DNA of 54,762 nucleotides from Candidatus Heimdallarchaeota archaeon (GTDB lineage Archaea; Asgardarchaeota; Heimdallarchaeia; Hodarchaeales; Hodarchaeaceae). A model generated the notes under the pieces. The model did no database searches. It was not told where the DNA came from and was given only the letters and a program-made list of their open reading frames with translations. The DNA is taken from the NCBI GenBank assembly GCA_048881705.1, contig JBHLSH010000015.1, positions 1 to 54,762 of the forward strand, given 5' to 3'. Position numbers and translations under genes: made by a program. Each line of letters begins with the position of its first letter. Position 1 is the stretch's first letter. Of the stretch, positions 36,479 through 46,295 are shown piece after piece.

Positions 36479-36880
36479 TTACCTTAATTCAAGCCATCGT
36501 CTGTTTCGAACATAGAGAATTTTAATGCCCTTTTCTTTTGCCAAAGTCTTCAGGTGGTGATCGTTGGTTGCGATAATCGCTTGAAGGTCTTGAGCTGTAG
36601 ATAATAGGATAAAATCAATATTCCTGTGTATATGATCTGTAGCCCAAATTTCACAGTACCTATTGACAAATTCAAGGGCCATTCTCGTGTCTAAACGAAC
36701 TTTGGGACTCCCATGTTCCTTGATTTTTCGTAATTCTGATAAAATAGGTTCAAGAACAATCAGAGTTCTCTTTTGGGGAATTACTCGGTCTAATTCATGC
36801 GAAATATTCAGCACGGGATTTTGACTAATAGCTAACAGGAAATTTGTGTCAAGAAGAATTAGGGTTCCGCGTTTCTTCAC
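36479..36880 (-). CDS. PIN-domain ribonuclease (Fcf1/Utp24-like)
   Basis: LLDTNFL, I..EL, D..LL, IATND..LK; conserved position after aIF2-gamma. Confidence 0.88.
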   Translation of the reverse strand: MKKRGTLILLDTNFLLAISQNPVLNISHELDRVIPQKRTLIVLEPILSELRKIKEHGSPKVRLDTRMALEFVNRYCEIWATDHIHRNIDFILLSTAQDLQAIIATNDHHLKTLAKEKGIKILYVRNRRWLELR

Positions 36881-36900
36881 AGGTTGAGGGGATCCATCCT

Positions 36901-38301
36901 CTACCGTATCTCATTACCCCCAGAGATTTCTCCCCAGCCTATCAATCGCCATCTACGATCAATTTGACGACTTATAGCTATACGAGTACCGATTGTTGCG
37001 CATACGGGTAGTCGAAGGTCAACTTGTACTCCTTTCTTTGTGCTATTCGTAACTCTTCCCACGGTTTTCGCGGTTCCCACACTTAACATGAGTGCTTCAT
37101 TGGCTTCAATATTCTGAACTAACGTCTGGGCCTCGGAACCAACAACACGGTCCATTAGATTTGACGAAAATAGGAGGCTATCCCATACGGGAGGAAGGTC
37201 GTCAGGAAGGCCAACAATTTGGCCCACAAGTGAGTCACTCTTCGTTAGAGCGGGATCAAGAAGTGTTCCAATGCCAATTAACCCTCCAGGCAGCGCAGTC
37301 TCCAAGTTTCCAAATCCTGAGCGAAGACTGACTATCTTGGTTTTGATTGGCTTCCAGGATCGTCCCCGACGGTTTCCAGGCCTAATCTCTATTTCATCTC
37401 CTACGGAGAATTTGCCCTGGATTATACTTCCGCCTACAACGCCGCCGTATAATTTGCTTGGAGACTGGCCAGGTTTGTTCACATCAAAGGAACGTGCAAC
37501 CAGCATTCTAGGGCTAACAGTATTGTCTCGTTTAGGCGTCGGAAGGTTTTCCTCGATCTGTTGTATTAGGAGGTCGATATTCGTATGATGAACCGCGCTG
37601 ATTGGAATAATCGGGGAGTTACGAGCGGTTGTAGTTGTGATAAAATCCCTTAGGTCATTATAATTTTTCACTGCATTCTTTTCAGAAACCAGTTCGATCT
37701 TATTTTGGCATACTATAACCTTCTCCATCCCAATGATGTCCATTGCTGCCAAGTGTTCACGCGTTTGCGGCATAGGAACTCTTTCATTCGCCGCAACAAC
37801 CAAGATCGCTCCGTCCATGATGCTTGCCCCTGAAAGCATGGTTGCCATCAAAACTTCGTGTCCGGGAGCATCCACAAACGATACCCGTCGAATAAGTACC
37901 GTTTCAGTTCCACACTTGGGACAAACCTTTTTGGTAGTATACTTTTCAGGGCTGCCGCAGTTTGGACATTCCCGAAATTCGGTTTCGGCGTAACCTAACC
38001 GAATAGAAATTCCACGTCGTATTTCTTCGCTATGAGTGTCAGGAAACTTCCCTGTTAATGCCTCTGTTAATGTTGATTTCCCATGATCCACATGGCCGAT
38101 CATACCAATAGATATCTCAGCCTGCATTGGTAATTCTGAGGTTGACTCTTTATTAGTTTTAGTTACTTTGACCGATTGTACCTTGGATGTTTTTTTTGTC
38201 TTTGATGTTCGTTTTTTAGCTGTAGAGGCCCCTTTCGATTGTTTTACTTTGGTACCTGATTGTTTCGTCCTTCCTGACGAACTTTTTTTCTTTGCTGGCA
38301 T
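36901..38301 (-). CDS. eif2g: Translation initiation factor 2 gamma with Lys-rich N-terminal extension
   Basis: GHVDHGKST, RGISIRLGYA, Zn knuckle, DAPGHE, QNKIE, RRWRLIGWG. Confidence 0.97.
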   Translation of the reverse strand: MPAKKKSSSGRTKQSGTKVKQSKGASTAKKRTSKTKKTSKVQSVKVTKTNKESTSELPMQAEISIGMIGHVDHGKSTLTEALTGKFPDTHSEEIRRGISIRLGYAETEFRECPNCGSPEKYTTKKVCPKCGTETVLIRRVSFVDAPGHEVLMATMLSGASIMDGAILVVAANERVPMPQTREHLAAMDIIGMEKVIVCQNKIELVSEKNAVKNYNDLRDFITTTTARNSPIIPISAVHHTNIDLLIQQIEENLPTPKRDNTVSPRMLVARSFDVNKPGQSPSKLYGGVVGGSIIQGKFSVGDEIEIRPGNRRGRSWKPIKTKIVSLRSGFGNLETALPGGLIGIGTLLDPALTKSDSLVGQIVGLPDDLPPVWDSLLFSSNLMDRVVGSEAQTLVQNIEANEALMLSVGTAKTVGRVTNSTKKGVQVDLRLPVCATIGTRIAISRQIDRRWRLIGWGEISGGNEIR

Positions 38302-38316
38302 GCGCGAACCATCGGG

Positions 38317-38697
38317 TTACAGTAATTCTTCAATGGCCTTACTGTTCTCATCACGAGAGATTATCGACAGATTGATCTGATAAATATCTTCAGAAATGAC
38401 ACTACCTCTTACACGTTTACGTCTCCGCTTCCCCTTACGATTGGGTTTATATCCGGGTGCCCTATGGCCTATAAGGATGCGTTTTGGCATGGCACCTTCG
38501 ACTCCCGGGGCCATCGGAAATCCAGACCGGTCTGAACCGCCCGTGATCCGAAAAGTATATCCATCGAATCCAATAAAGCCTCCATCAAACTCTTCTCCCA
38601 ATTGCTTACCGATTAACTGGCGAGTCACGGCATCCTGGTCAATTTCCTTTTTGTAACTTTGCTTTCCATCAGCCAGGTTGAGTTGAAATCTTACCAT
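38317..38697 (-). CDS. rps6e: 30S ribosomal protein eS6
   Basis: ITGGSDRSGFPM..GV, G.RRRKRVRG..I..DI.QIN. Confidence 0.96.
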   Translation of the reverse strand: MVRFQLNLADGKQSYKKEIDQDAVTRQLIGKQLGEEFDGGFIGFDGYTFRITGGSDRSGFPMAPGVEGAMPKRILIGHRAPGYKPNRKGKRRRKRVRGSVISEDIYQINLSIISRDENSKAIEELL

Positions 38698-38818
38698 TAT
38701 TGCATCACTTGTATCTAGAAAGTAATTTCGACATTTAATCCTTTCTAGAACGTCTGTTACTAATTTAATGTCGTAACTAGGGGAGTTTTTTTCGTTTTAA
38801 TACTTGTTCCGAGGAACG

Positions 38819-40627
38819 TTAGAGTCCCCAATATTTGTTCCCGCTCATCCGCCTTTTAATTTCGATTATTTCTTGCAAGGCATCATTTTCGGTCCCCGAA
38901 ATCATTTTGTGATCCAAAATCTTTCGGACGTCTGTTTCGGATAAATCAACCCATAATTCATCGTCTTCATTGATTTGACGACCCGCAGTCGGGCCGCGGA
39001 TTGCAACTGCGACCTGGTCTCCAACCTTTGCTTCATGTAAATTCTTTCCTTGATCTTGGATCTGTAGCAAGAACCCGACACGCTTATTGTCACGGTTGAT
39101 GAGATTGACTTGCGGAGTCAGAAGTCCAGCCATTACCTCAATACCTACGATAGCTGGTTTACTTGCCCGAAATACATATGGCAACACCCGAATCTTGCCA
39201 GGCCTTGTGATTCCTTCAAGAGCCTTCTGTTCAAGCCTTTGTTGAACCTCGTACTGGTAGGTCTCATACTGTTCACTGAGACGATAGATTATGTCGTCTG
39301 TAAAGATTGGAATATGTAGCTTGGCTGCTTCTTCGTGAGCGATAGGTAGAACATCTATGCGAAATCCTAGAATTACCCCAAAAGACTCATTTGCTTCTTT
39401 TGACAAGGAGGCTTGATACACATCTTTTTTATTGATATTGCCAACTGATGCAAACCTAATCTGTATATTTGAGTCTCTTAAAAAACCTACCAATGCCTCT
39501 AAGGAGCCAAGGGTATCGGCTTTTACGATAACTCCAGCTTTATCAGTTTCTACCAATATTCTTGCTAAATCTTCAGATATCTCTTTTTGCGCATTTTCTA
39601 CTTCGCCAGTTACATTTGCTACAAACAGAGGAGATCCGGCAATGGCGTCTTCTAGGTTGGGAGCAGCAATTTTGACACCAATCGCAGCGACGGCTCTTTC
39701 AACACTTGCAAACTTGTTTCTAGGGTCACGGATTTCATCTAGCTCCTTGGGAACCAAAATCGCTCGTATCTTTGTTGCAATAGGACCATTTTTTCCAGCA
39801 ATAACGATTTGCGAGTCCTGATCTAATAGACCGTCAAATAGGATAACATCGATCGTCGTTCCCATTCCAACTTCTTGTTTCACCTCTAAAACAACTCCAC
39901 GTCCCTTATCAAGGTGTAATGCTAATTGTTTCTGTAAATATTGTTGCGCCAAACTTGCCAGGACAAAGAACATTTCTGGGATTCCCTCTCCTGTCACCGC
40001 TGAGGTTGGAATGATCGCGATCTTTTTGGCGAAATTTTTAATCTTATCAAAACGTTCAGGTGTAAGGTTAAAATGACTTAATTCTCCCATAATTTCGTAA
40101 ATAACCGTTTGGAGAGCGTCCATTGTCCCTCGAGATTGTTTTTCCATTGATTTAATCAGGGGAAGCTTAGGATACGATTTCCATCCAGGTAGGCGATCTA
40201 TTTTATTGGCAGCAATTAGGAAGGGAACTTTGTTCCTTACCAAGATCCGAAGGGATTCAACGGTCTGCGGCTGAATCCCTCTACGGACATCAACAACAAG
40301 AATTGCAAAATTGGCTGCAGAAGCGCCTCGAGCTCGGAGATTCATAAATGATGCGTGACCGGGAGTGTCGATAATTAGGATTCCTGGGATTTTTAATGTA
40401 TGTTCTTCAGTACCTACCAAAGGTCGAATTAACGCCTGTACGGTTTCAATGGGAAAGAAACTAGCTCCAATATGTTGAGTGATCCCTCCAGATTCTCTCG
40501 ATTGTACAGCGGTTCCTCTAACCTTGTCGAGAAGACTTGTTTTCCCTGAGTCCACGTGGCCTAGAATGACGGTAATTGGGCTTCGTAATGTTCCATTTTG
40601 AATTGTTTCATCTTGATTCGAAGCCAT
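38819..40627 (-). CDS. infB: Translation initiation factor aIF5B
   Basis: LRSPI..ILGHVDSGKT, GGITQHIGA, DTPGH, NKID, DTLGSLEAL. Confidence 0.97.
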   Translation of the reverse strand: MASNQDETIQNGTLRSPITVILGHVDSGKTSLLDKVRGTAVQSRESGGITQHIGASFFPIETVQALIRPLVGTEEHTLKIPGILIIDTPGHASFMNLRARGASAANFAILVVDVRRGIQPQTVESLRILVRNKVPFLIAANKIDRLPGWKSYPKLPLIKSMEKQSRGTMDALQTVIYEIMGELSHFNLTPERFDKIKNFAKKIAIIPTSAVTGEGIPEMFFVLASLAQQYLQKQLALHLDKGRGVVLEVKQEVGMGTTIDVILFDGLLDQDSQIVIAGKNGPIATKIRAILVPKELDEIRDPRNKFASVERAVAAIGVKIAAPNLEDAIAGSPLFVANVTGEVENAQKEISEDLARILVETDKAGVIVKADTLGSLEALVGFLRDSNIQIRFASVGNINKKDVYQASLSKEANESFGVILGFRIDVLPIAHEEAAKLHIPIFTDDIIYRLSEQYETYQYEVQQRLEQKALEGITRPGKIRVLPYVFRASKPAIVGIEVMAGLLTPQVNLINRDNKRVGFLLQIQDQGKNLHEAKVGDQVAVAIRGPTAGRQINEDDELWVDLSETDVRKILDHKMISGTENDALQEIIEIKRRMSGNKYWGL

Positions 40628-40850
40628 CTTTTCTACACCACTTCATCCTGATATGATTGAGGAAATGAAAGACAAACCGTCTCCTATATTCTTAGAAATT
40701 CAACTAATATTCAGAATTGTTATATTTACGTCAAATTTATGATGTTTATGCGTAAAATGCAAAAGATTTAATTCAGGTTTTATGCGGGCCACGATTGAAT
40801 CTAATCTACCTCCTAATAGATGTTGGAGGAAAACCCAAGAAAGGATTAAA

Positions 40851-41297
40851 ATGCGCCGAGATCGCACACATTACTTCATATACCCTGAATATTTTGACAA
40901 GTCCCTGACAAGAAAAGAGGGAAGGCGACTCTCGAAGGCTGAAGCGTTGGATAATCCCACTTTGGATGAAATTCGTCTGGCAGCGGATAAACTTGGTTAC
41001 AAGAGAGAAGATCCAAACAGAAATGCGGCATATCCGAGACGTTGGTGGGATAAGAACGGATTAATTCTTGTAGAGAAAAAGGAACCTAAACTAATTACCC
41101 TTCGTAAGCTTAGTGTTGGAATTAAGGAGTTCTCCAGGCCTTACATAGAAAAAAAGAAAAAAGAGTTGGCGGAGGAAAAAAAATTCCGTAAAGAGAAGAG
41201 AAAACATGTAAAAACCTCACCACGGAGGAAAAAAGCGGATACGGAAACAGAAGATGACAGGAAACCGCAAGATTTCAGGCCAAAACGAAGACGCTAA
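40851..41297 (+). CDS. srp19: Signal recognition particle protein SRP19 with basic C-terminal tail
   Basis: IYPEYFDKSLTRKEGRR, NP...EI..A, AYPRRWW; start ATG 40851. Confidence 0.92.
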   Translation: MRRDRTHYFIYPEYFDKSLTRKEGRRLSKAEALDNPTLDEIRLAADKLGYKREDPNRNAAYPRRWWDKNGLILVEKKEPKLITLRKLSVGIKEFSRPYIEKKKKELAEEKKFRKEKRKHVKTSPRRKKADTETEDDRKPQDFRPKRRR

Positions 41298-41336
41298 CCT
41301 CTCCCATTCTTTATATCACAAGAGTTTGGATCAATA

Positions 41337-42021
41337 ATGCTAAGGGGTGTAGCCTCTGCGAAAAAAACGGGACATTTATACAAAACGGGCAAAACAAGAG
41401 GGATACCGCAGTCGTGCCGCGTATAAATTACTCCAGATTGATGGAAAATTTGATTTATTTGGTGGCAAACAAACGGTTATCGATTTATGTGGTGCTCCAG
41501 GGGGATTTTCCCAGATAGCATTAAATCGCTCGAGGGGGAGAGCAAATATTCTCCTTGTGGATAAAGCTCGTGTAAAACCAATTGATCAGGTCAGGATCAT
41601 TATTGGGGATATCACCAAAAGATCAACAGTTTTTAGAATACAGGAAGAACTGGAACAATCAGGGTTTATAAAAGAAGAAATAGTTGTATTGGCGGATTGT
41701 TCTCCGAATGTTTCTGGAAATTGGGCGACTGACCACGCACGCCAGATATGGCTAAGTGAGACAGCTCTCGGGATCGCTAATTATTTTCAGGCAGCCAAGT
41801 TTATTACCAAGGTATTTCAAGGTGAACAACTTTCGTCTTTTCTTCAAAAAATCAGACAAAGTTTTGAAGATGTCAAGGAGTTTAAACCTCCTACCTCACG
41901 AAAGAGAAGCGCGGAAATGTATGTTATTGCGACAAAACGTATCAAGGGAGAAGGTGATATAGGTCTGTTCAATGAAAGAATCCTTGAAGTGGGTAATAAT
42001 ACTGATATGAATGAACCATGA
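41337..42021 (+). CDS. rlmE: 23S rRNA Um2552 methyltransferase RlmE/FtsJ; 5' end interrupted
   Basis: The frame of the 41557 ORF stays open upstream to 41353 and reads RDIYTKRAKQEGYRSRAAYKLLQID...DLCGAPGGFSQ; K-D-K-E tetrad intact; in-frame TAG at 41350 and no ATG in frame. Confidence 0.85.
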
Positions 42022-43211
42022 AGCTCCTTGAAATAAGAGAGGGATCTTTCCCCTTTTATGTTCCGCATCCTCGAAGTCATTCTAACACCCCACAACGATC
42101 TGATATCGTATTCTTCAATCCCAAACAAGAAATCAACAGAGACTTCTCTGTCCTAGCTCTACGGGCCTATGCTAAAATAATGAATAGGCCAGATTTATCG
42201 GTTTGTGAGCCATTGTGTGGAACTGGAATCCGAAGTTGCCGATATAGTCGGGAAACACCTGTTTCCACTATCTATTGTAATGATGTAAGTGCAAGAGCTA
42301 TCGAACTTACTCGGAAAAATATCTCACGACTTCCCAATCCTCAAGCAGAGCAGTTCCATGTCTATCAGATGGAATGCAATGATTTTCTGCGAAAATGTCT
42401 TCATGAGAGGAGGTATTTCGATGTTGTTGATATTGACCCTTATGGAACTCCCGTACCGTATGTCCAAAACAGCATTCACGCCTCCGTATTAAACGGATTA
42501 TTGGCATTCACCGCTACTGATCTGGCTACCTTGGCTGGTGTTTATCCGCAGGCTCTCTATGCCCGATACGGTATTAGTCACTTTGATAGTCGTCTAGGGA
42601 ACGTACACGAGCTGGCAATGCGTTTATTCATCGCTGGAGTCCAACAAATCGGACTAAAACTAGGCCAATCAATAGTTCCGATATTGGCTTTTTATCATCG
42701 ACACTTCATCCGTACATTCTTCTTGCGGAAACGGGGAGTTAAAGCATCTTTGGAAGACGTAGGCGTAATTCACTGCTGCAAAAAATGCTCAAACCGGTTT
42801 TTTACCTATATTGGAGACAAAACACGAACGTGTATTAGTTGTGATTCAACCAAAACTATGTCAGTTGGCCCGATCTTTCTGGGGAAGATGCAGCAGACCA
42901 CATATCTAGAATCTATGAGAGACGACCCACATATACGGAATTTAGGAACAGAAAAAAAGCTGACCAAACTTTTTTCAAGAATACTCGCAGAACAATCGGT
43001 TGAAATTCCATGGTCATTTGATATCGAAGGCCTGGCAAAAAAATATCGGACTAAAGTCCCCTCCATAAACTTAATAATAGAAAAACTAAGGGATATGGGT
43101 TATAAAACCTCTAAAACCCATTATTCAGGGATGTCCATAAAAACTGAAGCCCCTGAAACAGACATCAGCACGCTTTTGCGCGATCTTAATATCCAAACAA
43201 AGTTTAATTAG
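42018..43211 (+). CDS. trm1: tRNA (guanine-26-N2)-dimethyltransferase
   Basis: VFFNP.Q..NRD.SV, GTGIRS.RY, DIDPYGTP, TATDLA, GP..LG. Confidence 0.95.
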   Translation: MKLLEIREGSFPFYVPHPRSHSNTPQRSDIVFFNPKQEINRDFSVLALRAYAKIMNRPDLSVCEPLCGTGIRSCRYSRETPVSTIYCNDVSARAIELTRKNISRLPNPQAEQFHVYQMECNDFLRKCLHERRYFDVVDIDPYGTPVPYVQNSIHASVLNGLLAFTATDLATLAGVYPQALYARYGISHFDSRLGNVHELAMRLFIAGVQQIGLKLGQSIVPILAFYHRHFIRTFFLRKRGVKASLEDVGVIHCCKKCSNRFFTYIGDKTRTCISCDSTKTMSVGPIFLGKMQQTTYLESMRDDPHIRNLGTEKKLTKLFSRILAEQSVEIPWSFDIEGLAKKYRTKVPSINLIIEKLRDMGYKTSKTHYSGMSIKTEAPETDISTLLRDLNIQTKFN

Positions 43212-43269
43212 ATTGTTATTCCTATCAAATTCACAGCAAGAATAGAAAAAACCATCTTAACGTTACGTA

Positions 43270-43346
43270 AGGGACGTAGTCTAGCTTGGTTTTATGATTC
43301 TTGGTTTGGGACCAAGAGGTCGCGAGTTCAAATCTCGCCGTCCCTA
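43270..43346 (+). tRNA. tRNA-Pro(TGG)
   Basis: AGGGACG/CGTCCCT acceptor, CTTGG-TTTGGGA-CCAAG anticodon arm, GCGAG-TTCAAAT-CTCGC T arm, A73. Confidence 0.94.
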
Positions 43347-43377
43347 TTTTCCTCATCATATGGGCTTAGAACTGTTG

Positions 43378-45531
43378 TTAGGTAGTTTCATCTTGGAGAC
43401 TACCAATCAATTCATACGCAAGTTTTTGTGGTTCAGGAAGGAAGACCGAGCTAGCCATAAGGGTTTGATCCTGGATAGTTTCACCTTGCACTTCACGTGC
43501 TTGGAGTCGAATTCTGCCGCGAACGAGGACATTAATGCCTTCGACTTCCGATAGAACCGAATCAAAGATATCTTCGTCCGACAAGCCTTTTTCCAGCATT
43601 GTTTTTATCTGGGGTGAAGAAATCGAGCTTAATCGTTCTCCTGAACGTCCGAAAAATGTAACTCTTATTGTCCCTGTTCCGTCGTCCACAATACCTGAGA
43701 TACGCATAATAATCTGTGGTTCGACGCTTCCATGAGAACTACATTCCCAGCCAGAGTCTTGTTCTGTTTCAAGTACCTTTTTACGGCACGTAGGGCAAGC
43801 CCGATAGTATGGAGTTTGTTGAAAAATCCGAATCAGTTTACCAAAAACTTCTATTGCCCGACTATCATCTTGTTCGGAGAGTTCAGAGAGCTGAATTTTT
43901 TCATAATCAACGGATGGCCGTGTGGGCTGAGCATCTTCAAGTTCACGGATTTTAATCTGACGTAGTAGAGCGGGGATACGGGAAGAGGGACGGACGTGTG
44001 TTTGGGGAGTTAGATGGAGTTCTATTTTATCATCATTTCCCTGACGAACCCGACCAAAAAAAATTTTGACATATTTGAGATTTTTCTCTTTCATATCAGC
44101 TAGTTTTTCTACAGAGTCCCCCCATGCGACGATTTGGCAAGTACCTGTCGCATCTTCGATGGTCATTGAGTTTACTCGACCTGCCGAGCCATCCGTTCTA
44201 GTAAATTCACGGGCTTCGGAAATACCTTGAATTACTCCCTGAATACTTGCTAGACCTTGTTGAGAATCGAGTTTATCGATGTCTTGAATAGGGGGATCTT
44301 GAGGGATCTGTGACACTTCTTGGGGGAGAAATTCCGTATCGTTCACGGTATGAAGTTCAAGTGTATTGTATCTTGACACCGTTACCCTTACTTTGGTCAG
44401 TTTGATGGTAGAGTCAGTCACCTGATCAAATGCATTGATTGCTTCATCCCAAAGCACCAAAGTTGTTGATCCAGTCTCATCAAAAACGATGGCCCGTTTA
44501 ACTGATCCTGAGGATCCGTCCTTACGCGAAAAGTTTCGAACCGTTTCATCAGAAGGTCCTTTTCGGACTAGTACCGCTATAACGCCGTCATCGGACTTTA
44601 TTCTATCAATCTTCTTATTTACCACTTCATGAACATCTACATGTGTTGTAGTTGTACGATCCTCCAAATCAGGAAGCGCCTGATGGCCTATCTTTGCAAT
44701 ATTCGTAACCCGTGTCGCTATGATCTCAGGTTTACCTTCACGATCTAATTTAATAGAACCCGCCTGGATAAGTAGCTCATCTCCCCGCGTAAAATTGAAT
44801 GGCTCCTCAGCTCGATCATCCCAGAAAACCATCCTTCGAACAGTTTGATCCCCTTTGAGAAATAAGTTAGTTACTCTACCTTGAGAGCCGTCTTTCCGAT
44901 CAAAAGTAACTAAGTTTCCGATCTTGTGAACAAGGGCACGAATGTCAGCTTCATCCATTTCTTCATCAAGAACATCAATGTTGAGTACTTCATCCTCGGG
45001 ATTGGGAAGATTGGAAAGGTCGCCTGCTGTTTCAATATCAAGTGAACCGCGATCACCAACATGGAGCTCTAAATCACCACCTCGTCCTAATTTTGTGTAT
45101 CCTTGGCGAATTTTAATGATAGATCCTCTTTCCACCTGTTTTCCTGTTATACGACGGGCCATGTTTCCCCAAAGGATAGTTCGAATTTGATCAGTCCCAT
45201 CATGGAAAAGAAATGGTGCCAAAATATTCTTATTTCCTTCTCTCACGAATTCAATAGGTTTATAGATCCGTAATACTCTTCCTGTGAGATTCACTCCGGA
45301 AAGACCGGGTTCCATTCTTTTGAGTCTTTTTACTGTGAGGGGCGATTTTTTAGTGAGTTCTGGCCTCTCAAGTTCAATGTTCATATCCTTTGCAATGATG
45401 TAAGCCGCAGCAATATCGTTGACAAAGAATCCCAAATCCTCCTTTTTTTGTTCAATCTTCTGGAGAATTTCTCCTCTAGATAAACCTGACTTCTGAGCGA
45501 TCTTTTGAACCAACTCTTCAATATTACTCAA
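43378..45531 (-). CDS. rpa: Replication protein A large subunit (about five OB folds + Zn finger)
   Basis: N-terminal helical domain, repeated F.R.DGS.G.V...D.TG...LW OB units, C-terminal CPTCRKK...CSSHG. Confidence 0.92.
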   Translation of the reverse strand: MSNIEELVQKIAQKSGLSRGEILQKIEQKKEDLGFFVNDIAAAYIIAKDMNIELERPELTKKSPLTVKRLKRMEPGLSGVNLTGRVLRIYKPIEFVREGNKNILAPFLFHDGTDQIRTILWGNMARRITGKQVERGSIIKIRQGYTKLGRGGDLELHVGDRGSLDIETAGDLSNLPNPEDEVLNIDVLDEEMDEADIRALVHKIGNLVTFDRKDGSQGRVTNLFLKGDQTVRRMVFWDDRAEEPFNFTRGDELLIQAGSIKLDREGKPEIIATRVTNIAKIGHQALPDLEDRTTTTHVDVHEVVNKKIDRIKSDDGVIAVLVRKGPSDETVRNFSRKDGSSGSVKRAIVFDETGSTTLVLWDEAINAFDQVTDSTIKLTKVRVTVSRYNTLELHTVNDTEFLPQEVSQIPQDPPIQDIDKLDSQQGLASIQGVIQGISEAREFTRTDGSAGRVNSMTIEDATGTCQIVAWGDSVEKLADMKEKNLKYVKIFFGRVRQGNDDKIELHLTPQTHVRPSSRIPALLRQIKIRELEDAQPTRPSVDYEKIQLSELSEQDDSRAIEVFGKLIRIFQQTPYYRACPTCRKKVLETEQDSGWECSSHGSVEPQIIMRISGIVDDGTGTIRVTFFGRSGERLSSISSPQIKTMLEKGLSDEDIFDSVLSEVEGINVLVRGRIRLQAREVQGETIQDQTLMASSVFLPEPQKLAYELIGSLQDETT

Positions 45532-45703
45532 TGGATGCTCACCAAATACAAAATCCTCTCTTTATACTTAATATTGCCACGACTTTCTTAAATAGTTGCA
45601 ACTATATCGGGCGCTCTTGTTCACCTTCTATGGTTGCACCTAGATGATTTTTACGTTTTCTTCTGTTATATAGTCACACGCTCGTGTAAACAGCTACATA
45701 TTG

Positions 45704-46291
45704 TTACCAATGCCTGTATTTTTGTCCATATCTTGCAATAATAAAATCCTTCAGGGTATTACGAAAATTTCGACAACCTTCTTTCGTTTTGAGAGATAAT
45801 AAAAATAAATGCAAAGGTGGAAGCCGATAAGATTTAAGTAATTGTTCATTAGAATTGATCAAGCCCTTTTCCACTTTATCAATTTTGTTAAAAATGACGA
45901 ATGGGGGAAATTCGCAGGATTCCGCAACAAAACGAATCATCTCGATGTCGATGGGAATTATACCTTTTTTCTCCAAATTTTCAACAACAAAATGAAACGT
46001 TGAAACATCAATGATGTGGATCGCAAGAGCTATTCTACGCTTAGAATCATCAAAGTACTGCACGATCTCGTCCTTTATCCTTTCTTCTGTTTCTTTGGAT
46101 CGCTTCTCGATTCGTCCAAACCCTGGAAGGTCGACTAGGTGGAGATCTTTAACCAATGGAATGAAAGAAATACGTCGGGTTGTACCTGGTCGTTTTCCCA
46201 CAGGCCTTTTTGAATGGGTAAGGAAATTAATCAGAGAAGTCTTACCAGCGTTAGGACGTCCACTAATAGGGATATAAGATAAGGGAATCAT
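45704..46291 (-). CDS. engB: EngB/YihA-family GTPase
   Basis: GRPNAGKTS, PGTT, DLPGFG, NKID. Confidence 0.88.
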   Translation of the reverse strand: MIPLSYIPISGRPNAGKTSLINFLTHSKRPVGKRPGTTRRISFIPLVKDLHLVDLPGFGRIEKRSKETEERIKDEIVQYFDDSKRRIALAIHIIDVSTFHFVVENLEKKGIIPIDIEMIRFVAESCEFPPFVIFNKIDKVEKGLINSNEQLLKSYRLPPLHLFLLSLKTKEGCRNFRNTLKDFIIARYGQKYRHW

Positions 46292-46295
46292 AATC

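Noticed and set aside
41347-41352. Pyrrolysine/selenocysteine recoding of the rlmE TAG
   Set aside because: No pyl/sel genes or PYLIS/SECIS evidence in the window; the position corresponds to Trp, so mutation or error is simpler.
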